NCBI GenBank assembly: GCA_039794265.1
Contig: JBDIVR010000002.1
Coordinates: forward strand, 64,619 to 128,618
Source: Myxococcota bacterium
GTDB lineage: Bacteria; Myxococcota_A; UBA9160; PR03
DNA: 64,000 nucleotides
Direction: 5' to 3'
Below, piece by piece: positions 29,805 through 40,157 of the stretch (within the stretch, counting starts at the first letter, position 1; every line of letters starts with the position of its first letter). The notes beneath the pieces are model-generated. The model searched no databases. It had not been told where the DNA came from and saw only the letters and a program-made list of their open reading frames with translations. The translations under genes and the position numbers were made by a program.

Positions 29805-32288
29805 TTGCGTAGGATCCGACACCGGGCTTCTTCCGCGCGACGGCCGGGTCGAATCGCGGCCGCCGGGGCTCTGCTCGCGGCGCTGGGACTCGTTGCGAGT
29901 GTGTGGTGGCTCGCGCGGTTGCCGGCCGCTCCGGCCGGGGATTCGGCGCCGGTCGCGCGCGCCCCGGAGGCCGGGTCGGCGAGTCCCGAATCCTCGAGTG
30001 CCTACCCGCGTCCCGGCCCGGGCCTCAACCTGCTCGCGGCCGAGGCGAGCCCGTACTTGCAGCTCCACGCCGACAACCCGACCGAATGGTATCCGTGGGG
30101 CGATGCCGCCTTCGCGCGTGCGCGTCGCGAGGACAAGCTGGTGTTCCTCTCGGTCGGCTACTCGACGTGTTACTGGTGTCACGTGATGGAGCGCCAGGTC
30201 TTCGCGGACCCGGCGATCGCCGCGCAGCTCGCGCGGGACTTCATCGCGATCAAGGTAGACCGCGAAGAGCGACCCGACGTCGACGAGATCTACATGCAGG
30301 CCACCCACCTGTTGACGGGGTCCGGCGGCTGGCCGAACTCGGTGTTCCTGACGCCGGCCGGGAAGCCCTTCTTCGCCGGGACGTACTTTCCGCCCGAGGA
30401 CGCGCACGGTCGGCCGGGGTTTCCGCGCGTGCTCGCCGGCATCGCCGACGCGTGGCGGACGGAACGCGCGAAGGTGGAGCGCGTCGCCGCCCAGGTTGCC
30501 GAGGAGATCGCGCGGATCGCGGATCGCGGCGCGCTCGGAGGCACGGCGCCGCCGCCGGAGGTCTCGCTGCGCGCTGCGCTCGACGCGTTGGAGCGGAGCT
30601 ACGAGCCCGAACACGGGGGCTTCGCGCAGCGGACCAAGTTCCCGCGGCCCCCTGCGCTCGAGCTGCTGCTGACGGCGCTCGAGCGCGAATCCAACCCGAA
30701 ACTACTCGACATGCTCGTGCGTACGCTCGACGAGATGGCACTCGGCGGCATCTACGATCATCTCGCCGGCGGCTTCCACCGCTACGCGACGGAGCCGACC
30801 TGGTCGATCCCGCATTTCGAGAAGATGCTGTACGACAACGCCCAGCTGCTCGGCGTCTACGCCCGCGCCTTCACGCTCACCGGGCGGCCACTCTATCGCG
30901 ACGTCGTGCGCCAGACGATCGCCTATCTCGAGCGCGAGATGAGCCATCCAGAGGGCGGCTTCTTCGCCGCCCAGGATGCGCAGGTGGCCGGCGTGGAAGG
31001 CGCCTCGTACGTCTGGACCCGCGACGAGATCCGCGAGGTTCTCGGCGACCGCGCGGACGCATTCCTCGACGTCTACGAGCTGGCGCCGCTGCGCGAGCAT
31101 CCGGGCGGCGGCGTGCTGCGCGTCGGCCTGCCGCTCGCGCCGAAGCTCGCCCGCCACGGCGCCGAAGACGCGTCGGCGCTGCTGCAGCCGTTCGCGCCGG
31201 ACCGTGCGCGGCTGCTCGCGCGCCGCGCGCAGCGCCCGCAGCCGCTGCGCGACGACAAAGTGCTCGTCGCGTGGAACGCGCTGGCGATCCGCGGTCTGCT
31301 GGATGCGGCCGGTGCGCTCGACGATCCCGCCCCCCGCGAACGCGCCGCCCGAGCCGCGCGTTTCCTGCTGGCCCGCCTGCGCACCGACGACGGCGCGCTC
31401 GGCCGCTCGTACATCGCCGGCCAGGTCCGGGAGGAGGGCGTGCTCGACGACTACGCATTCCTGGCCGACGCGCTGTTCGAGCTGCAGCGAGCCACCGGCG
31501 ACGATGCCTGGCTCTCCGAGTCCCGGGCGATCGCGGACCGGATGCTGGCGCGCTTCTCGGATCCGACGGGGCACGGGCTGTTCCTGACGCCCGCCCATTC
31601 GACGTTGCTGGTCCGGCCCAAACCCTTCGACGACAGCGCGCTGCCGTCCGGCAACTCGGTTGCGTACCGCGTGCTGACGGCGCTCGCTGCCGAGACGGGA
31701 GAGCCGCACTACCGCGACGCGGCGGACGGCATCGTGCGGGCGGCGGCGCCGCTGCTCGAACGGGCGCCGTCGTCGCTCGGTGTCACCGTGGCGGCGCGGG
31801 TCCTCGACGCGGCCCGACGACCAACACTCGCCTCGGCGACGTCATCGGCGGCCACGCGGGGTGCCGGCGACATCGGTTCCGAAGGGAAGCGGGAGCGCTT
31901 CCGGATGCCGAGCAGCGCGGATCACGTCCGCGCCTCGCTGGTCCTCGACACCGTGCCGGAGCGGCGGCTGCGCGTTCGTCTCGCGGTCGCCGAGGGTTGG
32001 CACGTGAACGCGCACCCGGCGTCACTGCCGTTCCTGATTCCGACGACGGTCGAGCCCGCGGCGGCGGACGACGCGCCGCCGTGGCGCGCCGAGTACCCGG
32101 ACGGCCACGCGCTGCGCCCCGCCTTTGCGCCCGAGGCGATCCAGGTCTACGAGGGCGACGTCGAGATCGCGCTGGCCGGCGAGGCGCCGATTCCGGAACG
32201 CGTCGCCGTCCGCTTCCAGGCCTGCGACCACCAGATCTGCCTGCCGCCGAGCCGGGTCGAACTCGCCCTCGACGGAGCCGCGCCGTGA
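29805..32288 (+). CDS. Exported DUF255 (DsbH/YyaL-type) thioredoxin + (alpha/alpha)6-barrel protein fused to a C-terminal DsbD-alpha-like domain
   Basis: N-terminal anchor/signal ([20 protein letters not shown]). WYPWGDAAF...[12 protein letters not shown] and [11 protein letters not shown] motifs. Six-hairpin region ([25 protein letters not shown]). C-terminal about 110 aa end in [17 protein letters not shown] start follows GGAAGGGGAG. Confidence 0.85.
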   Translation: MRRIRHRASSARRPGRIAAAGALLAALGLVASVWWLARLPAAPAGDSAPVARAPEAGSASPESSSAYPRPGPGLNLLAAEASPYLQLHADNPTEWYPWGDAAFARARREDKLVFLSVGYSTCYWCHVMERQVFADPAIAAQLARDFIAIKVDREERPDVDEIYMQATHLLTGSGGWPNSVFLTPAGKPFFAGTYFPPEDAHGRPGFPRVLAGIADAWRTERAKVERVAAQVAEEIARIADRGALGGTAPPPEVSLRAALDALERSYEPEHGGFAQRTKFPRPPALELLLTALERESNPKLLDMLVRTLDEMALGGIYDHLAGGFHRYATEPTWSIPHFEKMLYDNAQLLGVYARAFTLTGRPLYRDVVRQTIAYLEREMSHPEGGFFAAQDAQVAGVEGASYVWTRDEIREVLGDRADAFLDVYELAPLREHPGGGVLRVGLPLAPKLARHGAEDASALLQPFAPDRARLLARRAQRPQPLRDDKVLVAWNALAIRGLLDAAGALDDPAPRERAARAARFLLARLRTDDGALGRSYIAGQVREEGVLDDYAFLADALFELQRATGDDAWLSESRAIADRMLARFSDPTGHGLFLTPAHSTLLVRPKPFDDSALPSGNSVAYRVLTALAAETGEPHYRDAADGIVRAAAPLLERAPSSLGVTVAARVLDAARRPTLASATSSAATRGAGDIGSEGKRERFRMPSSADHVRASLVLDTVPERRLRVRLAVAEGWHVNAHPASLPFLIPTTVEPAAADDAPPWRAEYPDGHALRPAFAPEAIQVYEGDVEIALAGEAPIPERVAVRFQACDHQICLPPSRVELALDGAAP

Positions 32289-33568
32289 TTCCCGACATCG
32301 GGACGCTACGGGAGATGGCCGGCCTCCCCGGGCTGCTCGGCGCGGCCTACGTCGGCGGCCTGCTGCTGAGCCTCACGCCGTGCGTGTACCCGATGATCCC
32401 GGTGACCGTCGCGGCCTTCGGCGCGCGCACGCTGTCGCGGCCGCGGGCCCTGGTCCATGGCGTGCTCTACGTGCTCGGCATCGCCGTCACCTATGCGAGT
32501 CTCGGAGCCTGGGCCGCGGCGACCGGCCGGATCTTCGGCGCGTCGCTGGCGGATCCGCGCGTCGCAGGCGGCTTCGCGCTGGCGCTCGGCGCCTTCGCCG
32601 TCGTGAGCTTCGGCTGGTGGCCGGCGCTCGAGCGGCTGCTGTCGCGGACGCCGGGCTTCGCGCTGCGGATCGGCGGCGCTTCACCGGGCGGCGCGCTCGC
32701 GATGGGCCTCGTCGCCGGCATCGTGTTCGCCCCGTGTGTCGGCCCGTTCGTCGCCGGGGTCCTCACCTACGTCGCGGCGACCGGAGACGTGCCCCTCGGC
32801 GCGTCTCTTCTCGGTGTCGTCGCGATCGGGATGGGCACGCCGTTCCTCGCGCTCGCGATGACGGCGAGCGAGCTGCGCCGGCTGCCGCGCGTCGGGGCGC
32901 TCCCCGAGGTGGCGCGCTTCGCGCTCGGCCTGCTGCTGCTCGCCGCGGCGTTCTACTTTGCGCGGCTCGCGTTGCCGCCGCCAGTCTTCGGCGGGCTGCT
33001 GGTGCTGGCGCTCGCCGGCCTCGGCTTCGAGCGGCTCGTGCGCGGCCGGCGCGTCGGCTCGCTCGGTTGGCGCGCCGTCGGGGCCACGGCGCTGGTGCTG
33101 GCGATGGCCCTCACCGGCTACCGCTTCGGTCCCGCCGCTCCGGCCGAACCGCTCGCCTGGCGCAGCGATGTCGACGTCGCGTTGGCCGAGGCCCGGGACG
33201 CCGGTCGCTTCGCCGTGGTGGATTTCACCGCCGACTGGTGTCTCGCCTGCCACGAGCTCGATCGGCTGACGTTCCGCGACCCGGCCGTCGCGCGCCTGCT
33301 GGCCCGCGCCGTGCGCGTGCGGATCGACGCGACGCGAACGACCGAGACCGTCGAGGCGCTGTTCGCGCGCTTCGGCGTCTACGGCCTGCCCGCCGTCGTC
33401 GTGCTCGATCCGGTGGGCCGCATCGTCGAGGACGCGCGCATCGCGTCGTTCATCGGCCCGGACGAAGCCGTGGAGCTGCTCGAGCGGGCAGGGCTGGGCG
33501 GCGACGATGCACCCGCCGCGATGCTCGATCGGCAACCGGATGATCACCCCGAGGAGAGTTCGACATGA
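32285..33568 (+). CDS. dsbD: DsbD-type thiol:disulfide electron transporter (beta TM domain + gamma thioredoxin domain, no alpha domain)
   Basis: GTG 32285 overlaps the upstream stop (GTGA). TM Cys motifs [10 protein letters not shown] and FAPCVGPF. C-terminal thioredoxin [14 protein letters not shown]. Confidence 0.85.
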   Translation: MIPDIGTLREMAGLPGLLGAAYVGGLLLSLTPCVYPMIPVTVAAFGARTLSRPRALVHGVLYVLGIAVTYASLGAWAAATGRIFGASLADPRVAGGFALALGAFAVVSFGWWPALERLLSRTPGFALRIGGASPGGALAMGLVAGIVFAPCVGPFVAGVLTYVAATGDVPLGASLLGVVAIGMGTPFLALAMTASELRRLPRVGALPEVARFALGLLLLAAAFYFARLALPPPVFGGLLVLALAGLGFERLVRGRRVGSLGWRAVGATALVLAMALTGYRFGPAAPAEPLAWRSDVDVALAEARDAGRFAVVDFTADWCLACHELDRLTFRDPAVARLLARAVRVRIDATRTTETVEALFARFGVYGLPAVVVLDPVGRIVEDARIASFIGPDEAVELLERAGLGGDDAPAAMLDRQPDDHPEESST

Positions 33569-34020
33569 CCAACGGAACCGAAACGTACGTCCCCACGCCG
33601 GGCGCCCGGCACGCAGCCGTCGTCTTGCTGGCCCTCGTCGCGGCGCTGGCGCTCGCCTGCACGGACCCTTCCGGTCACCGCCACGGCACCCTATCGGAGG
33701 AAGCCGTGCGCGACGCGATCCAGGCCCACGTCGATGCCGCGGGCAGGACGCTCGAGGTCGAGGATCCCACCCAGGATGCCGTGGTGACGCTCACGTTCGA
33801 CCACGTCCACGAGCGCGTGAAGGACACGAGCGGCGGACGCCGGCTGGCCTGCGTCGACTTCGAGGCGGCCGACGGCCGGGTCTACGACGTCGACTACTAC
33901 GTCCGCGCTGGCAGGGACGGTGGCCCGCCCGTCGTCGAGGACGTCGTGTTGCACAAGGTCGAGGGCGAGAGCGTGCTCGAGCCGGAGCGCCAGCAGGAAC
34001 TCGATCGCGCTGGCGGCTGA
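33565..34020 (+). CDS. Lipoprotein of unknown function
   Basis: ATG 33565 overlaps the dsbD stop (ATGA). Lipobox LALAC. High GC3. No family recognised. Confidence 0.6.
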   Translation: MTNGTETYVPTPGARHAAVVLLALVAALALACTDPSGHRHGTLSEEAVRDAIQAHVDAAGRTLEVEDPTQDAVVTLTFDHVHERVKDTSGGRRLACVDFEAADGRVYDVDYYVRAGRDGGPPVVEDVVLHKVEGESVLEPERQQELDRAGG

Positions 34021-34427
34021 CAGGCCTGTCGGGAATCCGCTCTCGCATGGCGTCGCGGATGGGGGATCTTCGCTCGTTCTCGACACCGACTGGCGACGGG
34101 TTGGCGGGCGCACGTTTCCTGGGCGGGCGGTCGCCTCGTCGGGCTGTGGCTCGCAGACCCATCCGCTGGTCCGCCGACCGCGGCGTCCGCGCCTCCGGCG
34201 ATCAGGAGCGCGCTCACGACAGCCGGAGCCGGCCGCAGGGCCTCGCGCACGCCGCCAGTCCCTCGGGACAGTCGTGTCCGCGACGTCGCGGAGCGAGGCT
34301 TCGAGAAGGCCGGCCTTCGAGAGCCAGCCCGCGGACCCACGGCGTCGACGCCGAGAAAAACCCGATCCGGCGCCGTTCGGATGATCGAGAGGTTATGATC
34401 CAGCGGCCCCGCACGAAGAGGTGCCCG

Positions 34428-35627
34428 ATGTCGGATCTCGAACGCTTCCGCGCCGAGCTGCGCGACTGGCTCGACGCGCACGCGCCGAAGGCGCTGATGG
34501 GCGCGCCCGGGAACGAGCTCGAGGGCGTCTGGGGCGGGCGCAAGGCGACTTGGAGCGATCCCGACCGCAAGCGCTGGCTCGACCTCTGCGCGGAGCGGGG
34601 CTACACGGCGCCGGAATGGCCCCGTGCCTATGGGGGCGGCGGACTCGGCCGCGACGAAGCGAGAGTGCTGCGCCAGGAGCTCGCGCAGCGGAAGCTGCCG
34701 CCGCCGCTGATCGGCTTCGGGCTCACGATGATCGGGCCCGTGTTGCTGCAGTTCGGGACGGAGGAGCAGAAGCAGGAGCATCTCCCGAAAGTCTGCCGCG
34801 GGGAGATCCGCTGGTGTCAGGGCTACTCCGAGCCCGGTGCCGGCAGCGACCTCGCGGGACTCCAGTGCCGGGCCGTCCTCGATGGCGATCACTACGTGAT
34901 CAACGGGCAGAAGATCTGGACCTCGTACGCCGATCAATCCGATTGGATGTTCTGCCTCGTGCGCACCGATCCGCGCGCGAAGAAACAGGCCGGGATCACG
35001 TTCCTGTTGTTCGACATGGAGACGCCCGGCGTGTCCGTGAAGCCGATCCCGCTGATCAGCGGGTCCTCGCCGTTCTGCGAGACCTTCCTGACCGACGTCC
35101 GCGTCCCGACCCGGAACGTCGTCGGCGCGGTCAACGGGGGTTGGACGGTGGCCAAGGCGCTGCTCGCGCACGAACGCACGATGATCGCCGACGCCTTCGG
35201 CGGCGCCGCCGGCGTCGGGAAGAGCCGCGGCATCGCCGGCTGGGCGCACGACCACCTCGACTTCGAACCCGACGGGCGGCTCGGCGACAGCTTCCTGCGC
35301 CACCGCATCGCGCAGACCGAAATGGACACCCGCGCGTTCCTGCTGACCACGCAGCGCGCTCGGGACGCGGCCAAGGCGGGGCACGGTCCGGGCGCGGCGA
35401 GCTCGCTGTTCAAGATCTACGGGACCGAGCTCAACCAGCGCCGGATGGAGCTGCTCGTCGCGATCGCGGGCCCGCAGGCGCTCGGCTGGGAAGGCGCCGG
35501 CTTCGACGAGCGCGAGCTCGACGTGACCCGCCAGTGGCTGCGCTCCCGCGGCAACACCATCGAAGGCGGCACCAGCGAGGTCCAGCTCAACATCATCGCC
35601 AAGCACGTGCTCGGCCTGCCCGACTGA
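34428..35627 (+). CDS. Acyl-CoA dehydrogenase (catalytic-Glu-containing subunit)
   Basis: ACAD fold (WCQGYSEPGAGSDLAGL, INGQKIWTS). C-terminal IEGGTSEVQLNIIAKHVLGLP retains the catalytic base context. Confidence 0.9.
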   Translation: MSDLERFRAELRDWLDAHAPKALMGAPGNELEGVWGGRKATWSDPDRKRWLDLCAERGYTAPEWPRAYGGGGLGRDEARVLRQELAQRKLPPPLIGFGLTMIGPVLLQFGTEEQKQEHLPKVCRGEIRWCQGYSEPGAGSDLAGLQCRAVLDGDHYVINGQKIWTSYADQSDWMFCLVRTDPRAKKQAGITFLLFDMETPGVSVKPIPLISGSSPFCETFLTDVRVPTRNVVGAVNGGWTVAKALLAHERTMIADAFGGAAGVGKSRGIAGWAHDHLDFEPDGRLGDSFLRHRIAQTEMDTRAFLLTTQRARDAAKAGHGPGAASSLFKIYGTELNQRRMELLVAIAGPQALGWEGAGFDERELDVTRQWLRSRGNTIEGGTSEVQLNIIAKHVLGLPD

Positions 35628-35652
35628 GGCGGGTGGAGCGAGGGGAGACGGC

Positions 35653-36795
35653 GTGCAACTCGTGTTGACGGAAGAGCAGGAGCTCCTGGCGAAGACCGCC
35701 AGCGACTTCGTGCGCGAACACTCGCCGGTGGCGCGAGTGCGCGAGCTGCGAGATCGGCGGGATGAAGATGGCTTCTCCCGCCCGCTGTGGAAGCAGATGG
35801 CCGAGCTCGGCTGGGTCGGCATCCGGGTGCCGGAAGCGTACGGCGGTGCTGGCATGGGCATGGCGGACCTGGCCGTCGTGCTCGAGGAGCTCGGACGTCA
35901 CCTCGCGCCGGAGCCGTTCCTCTCGACGGTGTTGCTCGGCAGCGAGACGCTGCTGCAGGGAGGCAGCGAAGCCCAGAAGCAGGCATGGCTTCCGGGGGTC
36001 GCCGCCGGCGGCAAGCTCCTGACCTTGGCTTGGCAGGAGGCGAGAACCCGCTTCGATCCGTGTCGTGTCGAGACGTGGGCCGAGCCGGATGGAGCGGGGT
36101 TCGTGCTGACCGGCGAGAAGATCCAGGTTCCCGATGCGCACGTCGCCGACGCGATCCTGATAGTCGCCCGGACCGGCGGTTCCGCTCGGGACGAGAACGG
36201 CCTTGCGATCTTCTCGGTTCCCCGCGGCGCGGCGGGCATGGCGATCACGCGGCAGACGCGCATCGACCATCGCAATGCCGCGCTGGTCCGGCTCGATGCC
36301 GTGCGCGTCGGGCGCGACGCGGCGATCGGCGAGCTCGGCGGCGGCGGGCCGCTGCTGCTGCAGGTGATCGATCGCGCGACGGCCGGACTGTGCGCCGAGA
36401 TGCTCGGCGCGACCACCCAGGTTTTCGAGGACACGCTCCAGTACCTGAAGACGCGCGTCCAGTTCGGCGTTCCGATCGGCTCGTTCCAGGCGCTCAAGCA
36501 CCGGGCGGCGCGTCTGTTCATGGAGGTCGAGCTGGCGCGCTCGGCGACGATGGCCGCGGTCCGCGCGGTCGATGACGAGGCTCCCGATCTGGCGCGACTG
36601 GTGTCGCTGGCCAAGGCGCGCTGCTCGGATGCATTCGTGCTGGCCGCGAACGAGGCGGTCCAGATGTTCGGCGGCGTCGGCATGACCGACGAGTACGACG
36701 TCGGCTTCTACCTGAAGCGCGCGCGCGTCGCCGAGATGACCTTCGGCGATGCCGCCTGGCACCGCGAGCGCTGGGCGCGCCTCGGGGGCTACTGA
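35653..36795 (+). CDS. Acyl-CoA dehydrogenase family protein (catalytic Glu position not conserved)
   Basis: ACAD fold (FGGVGMTDEYDVGFYLKRARV). The segment equivalent to YEGTxE reads TFGDAAW. Confidence 0.85.
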   Translation: MQLVLTEEQELLAKTASDFVREHSPVARVRELRDRRDEDGFSRPLWKQMAELGWVGIRVPEAYGGAGMGMADLAVVLEELGRHLAPEPFLSTVLLGSETLLQGGSEAQKQAWLPGVAAGGKLLTLAWQEARTRFDPCRVETWAEPDGAGFVLTGEKIQVPDAHVADAILIVARTGGSARDENGLAIFSVPRGAAGMAITRQTRIDHRNAALVRLDAVRVGRDAAIGELGGGGPLLLQVIDRATAGLCAEMLGATTQVFEDTLQYLKTRVQFGVPIGSFQALKHRAARLFMEVELARSATMAAVRAVDDEAPDLARLVSLAKARCSDAFVLAANEAVQMFGGVGMTDEYDVGFYLKRARVAEMTFGDAAWHRERWARLGGY

Positions 36796-37853
36796 TGACG
36801 GAGGTGTCGACACTGACCCGCAGCGAGCGGCTGCTCCGGGCCTGTCGCGGCGAGCCGGTGGATCGACCGCCGGTCTGGCTGATGCGGCAGGCCGGTCGAT
36901 ACCTGCCCGAGTACCGGGCGACGCGAGCCGGCGTCTCGTTCCTCGATACGTGTCGCGACGTCGAGCGCGCCGTCGAGATCTCGTTGCAGCCGCTGCGCCT
37001 CGTCGGCACCGAGGCCGTGATCCTGTTCAGCGACATCTTCGTGCCGGTGTTGTCGCTCGGCATCGACGTCGACTTCCGGCCGGGCCCGGTGATCGCGGAG
37101 CCGATCGGCACGCTCGAGGCGGTCGAGAAGCTGCCCGAGGCCGATCACGAGGCCTCGATCCCGTACGTGTTCGAGATCCTCCGGCGCCTGCGCACGGCGC
37201 TCGAGTCCGAACAGGTGCCGCTGCTCGGCTTCGCGGGCGCACCGTTCACGCTGGCGGCGTATCTGGTGGAAGGGCAGGGCTCTCGCCACTTCGCCGAGCT
37301 GAAGCGCTTGATGTACGCAGAGCCCGAGGTCCTGCGCGCGCTGCTCGATCGCCTGACCGAGATGACGGTCTCGTACCTGAACGCGCAGATCGACGCCGGC
37401 GCGCAGGCTGTGCAGCTCTTCGACACGTGGGCCGGGATCCTCGCGCCGGACGACTACCGGCGTTGGATCCTGCCGACGCACCGCGCGATCGCCGAGCGCG
37501 TCGATCGCGCGCGCGCGCCGCTGATCCTCTACGTCAACGACGGCGCCCACGTGCTCGACGAGATGGCCGAAGCGGGCGCCGACGTGTTGTCGCTCGACTG
37601 GCGCGTGGATCTCGCGCAGGCGGCCGAGCGCGTGGGTCGGCGCGCCAGCCTGCAGGGAAACCTCGATCCGTGTGCGCTGGCGGCGCCGCCGCAGGCGATC
37701 GCCGACATGGTGCGCGCGCTGGCGCGCGCGGCGGCGCCGGCGCGCGGGCACGTGTTGAACCTGGGTCACGGCTGCCTGCCGGAGACGCCGGTCGCCGGTG
37801 TCAGGGCCTTCACGGAGGCCGCGCGCGGACTCGCGACGCCCGACGGCAGATGA
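36795..37853 (+). CDS. hemE: Uroporphyrinogen decarboxylase
   Basis: PPVWLMRQAGRYLPEYR signature. Its ATG overlaps the upstream TGA by 1 nt (TGATG). Confidence 0.93.
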   Translation: MTEVSTLTRSERLLRACRGEPVDRPPVWLMRQAGRYLPEYRATRAGVSFLDTCRDVERAVEISLQPLRLVGTEAVILFSDIFVPVLSLGIDVDFRPGPVIAEPIGTLEAVEKLPEADHEASIPYVFEILRRLRTALESEQVPLLGFAGAPFTLAAYLVEGQGSRHFAELKRLMYAEPEVLRALLDRLTEMTVSYLNAQIDAGAQAVQLFDTWAGILAPDDYRRWILPTHRAIAERVDRARAPLILYVNDGAHVLDEMAEAGADVLSLDWRVDLAQAAERVGRRASLQGNLDPCALAAPPQAIADMVRALARAAAPARGHVLNLGHGCLPETPVAGVRAFTEAARGLATPDGR

Positions 37854-39208
37854 CACGGACGGATGTCGAGTGCGTGGTACTCGGAGCCGGCGCGGCCGGG
37901 CTCGCCGCCGCGACGGCGCTGCGCGCCGCGGGACGCGAAGTGCTGGTGCTGGAAGCCTCCGAGCGGGCGGGCGGTTCCGCTTGGACGGAGCGCCGCGACG
38001 GCTATCTCGTCGAGCGCGGCGCCAATGCCTTCCGTCTCGGGCCCGGTGCGCTGGCGTTCCTGCGCGCCGCCGGCCTCGAATCGCTCGTGCTGGCGGCGGC
38101 CCCGGCGAGCCGCGAGCGATTCCTGCTGCGCGGCGGGCGCCTCGCGCCGGTGCCGATGGGCCCGCTCGCACTCGCGCGGACGCCGCTGCTGTCCGCGCGC
38201 GGCAAGCTCCGGCTGCTGGCGGAGCCGTTCGTTCGGCGCGGGGATGCGAGCGGCGAATCGGTCGCCGAGTTCGTGGCGCGCCGGCTCGGACCCGATTTGG
38301 TGTCGGCGCTGCTCGGTCCGTTCCTGACCGGTGTCTACGCGGGAGACGAGACGCGTCTGGGAGCCGAGGCTGTCTTTCCGAGTCTGGTCGCCGCCGAGCG
38401 GCGCAGCGGCTCGATCGCGCGCGGCCTGCTCGCGTCGGCGTTCGACCGCGGACGGCCGCGGGGCCGCCCCGGCTCCTGGTCGACTGCGGACGGCCTGCAA
38501 GGCCTGGTCGACGCGCTCGCGACGCGGCTCGGACCGGCGCTCCGGCTGCGCAGCAGGGTTTCCGGAATCCGTTCAGAGGAGGGTGTCTATCCTCTCGAAA
38601 TAGATAACCAATCCGAGATCCGTGCCGGCTCCGTGGTGATCGCACTGCCGGCGCCGATCAGCGCGTCCTTGCTGGGTTCGCTCGATCCCGACGCAGCCCG
38701 CGAACTCGCGGCGATCGAGTACGCGCCCGTGGCGAGCGTCTCGTTCGGCGTCGATCCCGGAGCGCTACGCGAGCGCGTCCGCGGCTTCGGCTTCCTGGTG
38801 CCGCGCGGCGAGGGCGACGCGTTGCTCGGCTGTCTGTTCCTCAGCGAGCTGTTCCCGGGTCGCGCACCCGCCGGGCGGCAGCTCCTCACGCTACTGGCTG
38901 GCGGCACGCGCCGACCCGATGTGCTGGGCGAGCCCGACGATCGCGTGCGCGCGATGCTGCTTGCCGAGCTCGACGCCGCACTCGGGCTGCGCGGGGAACC
39001 GGTGCCTCTCGGTGTCGCGCGCTGGCCGCGTGCAGTCCCCCAGCCGGGGCTCCGCCATGTTCGCGTCGTCGCGAGCGCACGGGCGCGGCTCGCCCGCTTT
39101 CCCCGCCTGGCGCTGGCGGGCGCGTCGTTCGACGGCGTCGCGTTCGGCGATGCGCTCGCCTCGGGCGCCGCCGCGGCTGCGCGCCTGTCGGTAACGGAGA
39201 CCCGATGA
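37850..39208 (+). CDS. hemY: FAD-dependent protoporphyrinogen oxidase (HemY type)
   Basis: ATGA overlap with hemE. GAGAAGLAAA...LEASERAGG dinucleotide fold. Colinear with the HemY/PPOX family. Confidence 0.82.
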   Translation: MTRTDVECVVLGAGAAGLAAATALRAAGREVLVLEASERAGGSAWTERRDGYLVERGANAFRLGPGALAFLRAAGLESLVLAAAPASRERFLLRGGRLAPVPMGPLALARTPLLSARGKLRLLAEPFVRRGDASGESVAEFVARRLGPDLVSALLGPFLTGVYAGDETRLGAEAVFPSLVAAERRSGSIARGLLASAFDRGRPRGRPGSWSTADGLQGLVDALATRLGPALRLRSRVSGIRSEEGVYPLEIDNQSEIRAGSVVIALPAPISASLLGSLDPDAARELAAIEYAPVASVSFGVDPGALRERVRGFGFLVPRGEGDALLGCLFLSELFPGRAPAGRQLLTLLAGGTRRPDVLGEPDDRVRAMLLAELDAALGLRGEPVPLGVARWPRAVPQPGLRHVRVVASARARLARFPRLALAGASFDGVAFGDALASGAAAAARLSVTETR

Positions 39209-39624
39209 CGACGAAGCCGGATTGCATCTTCTGCCAGATCGTTGCGGGCCGGGCGCCTGCCGCGAGGATCGCGGAGAGCGCACAGGCGCTGGCGTTCCTC
39301 GACCTGTTCCCGTCGACGGAAGGACACGCGTTGGTGATCCCGAAGCGGCACTACGAGAATCTCTTCGAATCCGATGAAGAGACCTTGCCGGAGGTCCACC
39401 TCCTGGCCCGGCGGGTGGCGCGCGCGATGCGTCGCGCCCTTGCGCCCGACGGCATGATGGCGCTCCAGCTCAACGGGGCCGCTGCGGGACAGACGGTGTT
39501 TCACTACCACACGCATCTGATCCCGCGCAGCGCCGGCAGCGAGCTGCAGATTCATGGTCGCGAACGGGCGGATCCGGCGCGGCTCGCCGCGCTCGCCGAG
39601 CGCATCGCCGCCTCGCTCGAGTAG
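39205..39624 (+). CDS. HIT-family hydrolase
   Basis: CIFCQI N-terminal motif and histidine triad HYHTHLIP. ATGA overlap with hemY. Confidence 0.9.
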   Translation: MTTKPDCIFCQIVAGRAPAARIAESAQALAFLDLFPSTEGHALVIPKRHYENLFESDEETLPEVHLLARRVARAMRRALAPDGMMALQLNGAAAGQTVFHYHTHLIPRSAGSELQIHGRERADPARLAALAERIAASLE

Positions 39625-39645
39625 CGCGCCGGCGGGCCTGCCGCG

Positions 39646-39918
39646 TCACTCGCGCCCGCGCGTGGCCTGCTCGTAGACCCGATACGCGGTCTCCTGCAGA
39701 CCGAGGCTGCGGTAGGTCGCGCGCGCCGATCGATTGTTCCGCTCGACGTAGAGGCGCAGCCCGCACACCTCCGGGTCGCGCGCCGCGAGTGCGCGGACGA
39801 ACTCGTGCAGGCGTCGCTCGAGATCCTCGGTCTCGCGGGCCATCGCGTGTTGGAACGCGACGAGGACGTCGAGATCTTCGGGGCGCGCGGCGCGCACCCG
39901 GGCGCCCTTCGTCGTCAT
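39646..39918 (-). pseudogene. Internally truncated GNAT acetyltransferase remnant (90 aa)
   Basis: The GNAT N-terminus (VRAARPEDLDVLVAF) joins directly to the C-terminal beta-strands (LRLYVERNNRSARATYRSLG). The acetyl-CoA P-loop-like motif is missing. Confidence 0.5.
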
Positions 39919-40154
39919 CGAAGGCCGCCGTCGTCGTGGACCACGCGGCCGCCCGCGACGGTGCGCAGCACCCGGATGTCGGCGATGCGATCCGGCGCGA
40001 CGGCCAGAGGATCGTCGCTCAGTACGACGAGGTCCGCGCGCTTGCCCGGCGCCAGCGAGCCCTTCTGGTGTTTCTCGAATTGGATCCAGGCCGCGTCGCG
40101 CGTGAACATCCGCAACGCCTCGGCGGCCGAGAGCGCCTGCTCGATCTTCGCCAT
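39915..40154 (-). pseudogene. C-terminal fragment of an Amidohydro_3-type metal-dependent hydrolase
   Basis: Only 79 aa. ALRMFTRDAAW...KGSLAPGKRADLVVLSDDPL...IADIRVLRTVAGGRVVH matches the C-terminal tail of roughly 500-aa amidohydrolases. An in-frame TAG lies two codons upstream. Confidence 0.6.
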
Positions 40155-40157
40155 CGC

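Noticed and set aside
34021-34427. A 400-bp gap before the ACAD pair as a possible hidden gene or sRNA.
   Set aside because: - No frame there combines a plausible start, high GC3 and a non-degenerate protein.
- The only features are a TATGAT hexamer (34394..34399) and a short ATGATC direct repeat.
- That is not enough for a call.
38586-38625. A locally AT-rich, rare-codon patch (tat cct ctc gaa ata gat aac caa tcc) inside hemY.
   Set aside because: - The frame is uninterrupted and the flanking sequence is colinear with HemY.
- It is probably a variable surface loop rather than an inserted element.
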